52,597 nucleotides of DNA from Oligoflexales bacterium (GTDB lineage: Bacteria; Bdellovibrionota_B; Oligoflexia; Oligoflexales; Bog-1112): positions 1 through 52,597 of the forward strand of contig JBGCDR010000161.1 in the NCBI GenBank assembly GCA_045105515.1, read 5' to 3'. The notes beneath the pieces were generated by a model. The model ran no database searches. It saw only the letters and a list, made by a program, of their open reading frames with translations, and was not told where the DNA came from. The position numbers were made by a program, and so were the translations under genes. This document shows, piece after piece, positions 48,635 to 52,597 of this stretch (position 1 is its first letter; every line of letters starts with the position of its first letter).

Positions 48635-49951
48635 TTATAGCCCTTTTAAAAATTTTGAGCAATTGCCCCTTAATTTTTTATATGCAATAAAAATGGAAGT
48701 GTGACCCTGCATACAAAAGTGTGAATCCTGCGATTTTATGACTAGCAAAAACATATTTTTCCTGCTGTCAATACAAAGCATTATTTTGAATGCCTACCTT
48801 AAAAGAGAGATAATATTTGTTCACAAAGTTTCAATTTACCAAAAATTTTTCACTATCATAAACTCCCTACACCGATTCTTTTAAGGATTTACTACTGATT
48901 CTTATGTAACAATCAGTAACCAATATTTACCTTGTAAATTAATTTTGTCCATGCCATAAAATCCTGTAAAACGGGAATTGTCTGCAAACTATCTAGTAAA
49001 CAGATGAAATATCTCAATAAAAAAAAACGATATTTTATGTTTTTTTTCATTTTAAGCTTGCGGCGTTAATTGTAACAACATCACCAAAAATAAATTAAGT
49101 CTATTAGATGCACTTAATCATATTCCCTTGAAATCGGTAACGATGATTTGACTAGTAAAAATTAAATTGGAAGGAACTGCATCCGTTTAGATATTTAAGA
49201 TTTGGAGAAAATATTAATTGAACAATTCTTGGACCCCAATTTAGACTCACTTAAGTTTTTCACAGAGTAATTTCAGATAAACTCACTACAAGAACTGTGA
49301 AAAATAGCATCTTGAAGACATGAAAAGTTAGCTAAAATTCTCAAAAAACGAAGGGTTTAGTGGTTTAGTTATAAAAGAACTTATTCCTAATAATATCTTT
49401 AAGGAAAAATCTAAGATTGATTACATCTGTAAATAGGTTGGAACGATTTAATATTCTCCATCGTCACAATTTAGCAAAGGATAAATAATTCTTCATTGAT
49501 GGAGAAGAGAGCATGTGAGAAAAGCAACCCTCTTACAGCCATCTTTTCCGGTAAAATATCATTTCTGCGACCAAAGAAGGTACCTTTTGGAGCAGAAAAG
49601 CCGCAATCTCCCGAAATTGAGGAAAATCGGAACATAAGAAAACTAACATTCAAAGATCTTTTTATCGATAAAATTGAAAAAAATTGAAAGTATTTTTTAT
49701 ACTTAAACAAAAAAGTCAAGTGGCCTTAGAGAATATTTAAGAGAGATATCCTTAACACGTTAAAAAAGGAATAATTAATTGATTGGCGCCGATAAAACAA
49801 CTTCAATTATTTCGCCTATAGCTTTAAAAATGCAGCGTGATCCAGAGAGCTGCGGGAGTTGGCAGCTTGTTTATCAAAAAAGCCCTAGAATACTCCGCCT
49901 ATAATATTTCATTGCGAAGCTCTTGAAATATTTAGGGGGAGATGAATCGGC

Positions 49952-49993
49952 AAAGAAAAAATGCCAGGGTGGAGTACACTCTCCATCCTTGGC
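49952..49993 (-). terminator. Probable terminator of the CAAX protease gene
   Basis: GCCAGGGTGGAG / CTCCATCCTTGGC stem, followed by a T-rich tract on the minus strand. Confidence 0.55.
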
Positions 49994-50059
49994 TAGCGGA
50001 ATAAAAAAAAGCGACTGCATTTTTTTATGACTTCCTTTTGACTACCCTTAGCCCGCCAA

Positions 50060-50617
50060 TTATTCCCAAAAATTGCTATAGGTATTCTGGAGAAAGTGAT
50101 CTAGCCCCACTGCAACGTAAGATTTGGTAAAAACATACATCATTGAAAAATATAGAGAAGCGTCGAACACATTGAAAAATGTCTCAACAGGATGTCCTGC
50201 AGCAAATATAAAACATACGGCAATCATGGATATTGCTGGGAATTTACCCAATCTTAAGTATTTGTTGTTAAGTTCAAATTCAGCAAGATTTTTGAATAAA
50301 ATTCCTCTAAAAATAACCTCTTCGAAGAAAGAGGGAAACAATTGCCATATGAGGTTACTATTTAAACTAATTTTCAAAGGTATTCCATTTAGCACAAGCT
50401 TTAGAAATAGAACAAAAACAACTGCAAGAGCAGCAGACTTCTTCTCTATCTCGAGAAGGCTCCATTTTAATGCTAACCAAGTTAAGATTATGAATATTGG
50501 TATTAAGGCGTAATTGTAGCGCCATCCTAGTGAGGTTTTTACTTGAAGAGCCAACCTAGCTAGAACCATTTCTAAAACTACAAATGCAATAAGCCATTTT
50601 ATGAAATTTTTGTTCAC
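50060..50617 (-). CDS. CPBP/CAAX (Abi) intramembrane metalloprotease
   Basis: EEVIFRG, FAAGH, HFLQN. Confidence 0.85.
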   Translation of the reverse strand: MNKNFIKWLIAFVVLEMVLARLALQVKTSLGWRYNYALIPIFIILTWLALKWSLLEIEKKSAALAVVFVLFLKLVLNGIPLKISLNSNLIWQLFPSFFEEVIFRGILFKNLAEFELNNKYLRLGKFPAISMIAVCFIFAAGHPVETFFNVFDASLYFSMMYVFTKSYVAVGLDHFLQNTYSNFWE

Positions 50618-51737
50618 CCCAGCCCCCTAATCATGACATACATAAAATATTATGTATTTCAGAATGGCTAACTGACTAATGCTCCAGTGTACACATAAAA
50701 AATGACCCTTCAACCAAATATATCAAGGTTAACATAGATGCTCCGGTTTTCATTTAGCGATAAATGCTTGAAAAAAACATAAGTCGAAGTTTTCAAAATT
50801 GTTAAAAAGTGGGGTGATAGAATAAGAAAAATAGTGCAAGAAACATAAACATATAACTGCAACTGTCATACTACAAAAAAAAGGTACATGAAATTCATCT
50901 AAAAACGCATTAAAATGGGCTAATCAAGTACAATCTATGCTATGTAAAATCTTTTTTAACATTTTTCATTGATTATTTTAGTCAAAATATTTTGAGACTG
51001 TTATTTTATCCTTGATTTCTCTTCAAGATTTTTAATCATTGGTGCTGTTTTATGATATTGACTATTAAATTTTTCTTAGAGTACTCCGTGCATATTTTAT
51101 ATGCAAAGGTGGTAGGATACAATATTTTTTATCCTTTCAACAGATATGTAGGTTCAATATTGTAAAGAGTATAATCTCGTAAAAATGACCTATAAATAGA
51201 AATTCATGTTTGTAAGCGACTCCTTACGTTCTTTGTAAATGACTTTATTCCAGTTTCCGAATTCATTCCATACTTCATTTATATAGTTCTTCCAAGGAGG
51301 GACTCGAAAAAATCAAGTGCACTAACTTTTAACCAGACTAAGTTTGCTATTCTTCGTATTTCCAATCCAAGCTCATAAAAAATCATTCTCAGAACCGGAG
51401 ACTAAGTATGTCGCTGAGCAGCAGACGGACACGAATCTTTCTAGGTCTAGCAAACCTTCATTAATATGGTTACTTTTTTAGCTCACATTCTTGCATATTC
51501 TTGATTTCTTTGCGATCAATTTTTTTGCAAATATGTGGCTCCTGTAATTCTTTTAAAGATGCTTTCGTTGATTTTTAATTATCAAACTAAAAGTATGTTA
51601 ATCATCTTAAATTTAAATCTTGTTATACTGGAAATTGGGAATCAACTTCAATCAATGACCTCGGAAAGATGAGATTCCCCAAAAACGGTAGACAATACTA
51701 TTCGAATGGCTTATTACCGAAATCAAGGAGATAAGCC

Positions 51738-52052
51738 GTGAAAATGAAATCGCCATCAAGACCTACTTACAGTGTAGAATTCAGAGAAGCTGCAGTGGCT
51801 AAGTGCCTAGAAATAGGTGTAACTGAGACATGTCAGCAACTAGGGGTATCTCTATCCACCCTAAATGGTTGGAAGAAGAAATATGGCTCACAAGGAAGCT
51901 CATCAGGAACCATAGCGAAGCCGAGCTACGAAGACCTGGAGCTAGAGGTTAAAAAGCTCAAAAAAGAGCTTACATATGTAAGTCAGATTAACCAGGTTTT
52001 AAAAAAAAGCACAGCCATCTTTTGCGCAGAACAGATGGAAGATTTGCGGTGA
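51738..52052 (+). CDS. IS3 transposase OrfA
   Basis: YSVEFREAAV...LGVSLSTL..W HTH, leucine zipper, LKK ending; AAGGAG RBS. Confidence 0.92.
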   Translation: MKMKSPSRPTYSVEFREAAVAKCLEIGVTETCQQLGVSLSTLNGWKKKYGSQGSSSGTIAKPSYEDLELEVKKLKKELTYVSQINQVLKKSTAIFCAEQMEDLR

Positions 52053-52460
52053 TACAAGCCATAAGCAATGAAAGTAGCCAAATACCGATAGACTTCTTAT
52101 GCACCTACTTTGGCGTTAGCAGGAGTGGGTATTACAAATGGCAAAGTTGCAAAAAGACCATCAAATTTGTCAGAAAAGAAAAGCTCTGTGCTGCCATCAA
52201 AGAATCTTTTCTTGCGAGTGATAAGACATATGGATCACCAAGGATTTATGATGATCTCATAGATAAAGGCTTTAGAGTCAGCGAGAATACTGTAGCGAAG
52301 TATATGCAGGAGCTAGGGCTAGATGCCAGGTTAAAGAAGAAATTTATGGTTAAAACAACTGACTCAAATCATAATAGTCCAATTGCTGACAGGCTATTCA
52401 AAGTTGAAGATCATAATAGCCTGCCATCAGCCCCTGGTGAGGTTCTGGCAGGCGATATAA
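52022..52460 (+). CDS. IS3 transposase OrfB, 5' exon
   Basis: GVSRSGYYKW, TYGSPRI, TTDSNH, and AGDI (first Asp of DDE), where homology stops abruptly. Confidence 0.88.
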
Positions 52461-52597
52461 GTGTGCTGCAGCAAGCAGCGTGAAAGATGAGGGTATGGCC
52501 CCTCGCAGTCGCCTTGCAGGAGGAGACTGCAAACCACCGTAAGCGGCTTTGATAAAGAGTCATGGTCGTGAGCGTTACGGAAAAGGCAGTATGAACT
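52461..52597 (+). mobile_element. 5' end (domain I) of a group II intron
   Basis: Starts GTGTG (GUGYG consensus) exactly where OrfB breaks; GC-richer, with stems GAGGG/CCCTC and GCAGTC/GACTGC. Confidence 0.8.

Larger units (their letters stand above)
51670..52597 (+). mobile_element. IS3-family insertion sequence (left part; interrupted and runs off the window)
   Basis: Left end TGAGATTCCCCAAAAACGGTAGACA, orfA/orfB pair, A8G frameshift motif at 52001-52009. Confidence 0.9.

Noticed and set aside
49471..49719. Two overlapping small ORFs on opposite strands
   Set aside because: No RBS or motif support; cannot choose between them.

Overview
Bacterial window in two halves. 1-25.3 kb is core chromosome (cmk, accA, rpsA, rsmB, DnaJ-class chaperone, MATE, NUDIX, PilZ/CheX signalling genes). 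Its gene mix suggests a Bdellovibrionota/Oligoflexia-like host (inference only), and it includes an intact SelD fusion that has lost its catalytic motifs. From tRNA-Arg(UCU) at 25313-25389 onward the sequence is a visibly more AT-rich integration hotspot. It holds: (1) a tRNA-adjacent tyrosine integrase; (2) a ~13.2 kb P4-integrase/AlpA/primase element bounded by 14-bp repeats of the tmRNA 3' end (26871-40127), carrying a candidate ATP-grasp RiPP cluster (57-aa precursor, stand-alone Lon protease domain, three ATP-grasp proteins, ABC exporter, JmjC oxygenase, CAAX protease); (3) a cytochrome c gene bracketed by ~170-200 bp direct repeats; (4) a second candidate RiPP cluster with a radical SAM/SPASM enzyme, two signal-peptide-bearing precursors each ending in two NxxC motifs, a helical protein and a giant thioredoxin-DsbD fusion; (5) an IS3 element interrupted by the 5' end of a group II intron at the window edge. 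The two RiPP-like clusters are the best candidates for undescribed systems. All calls come from reading motifs by eye; no searches were run.
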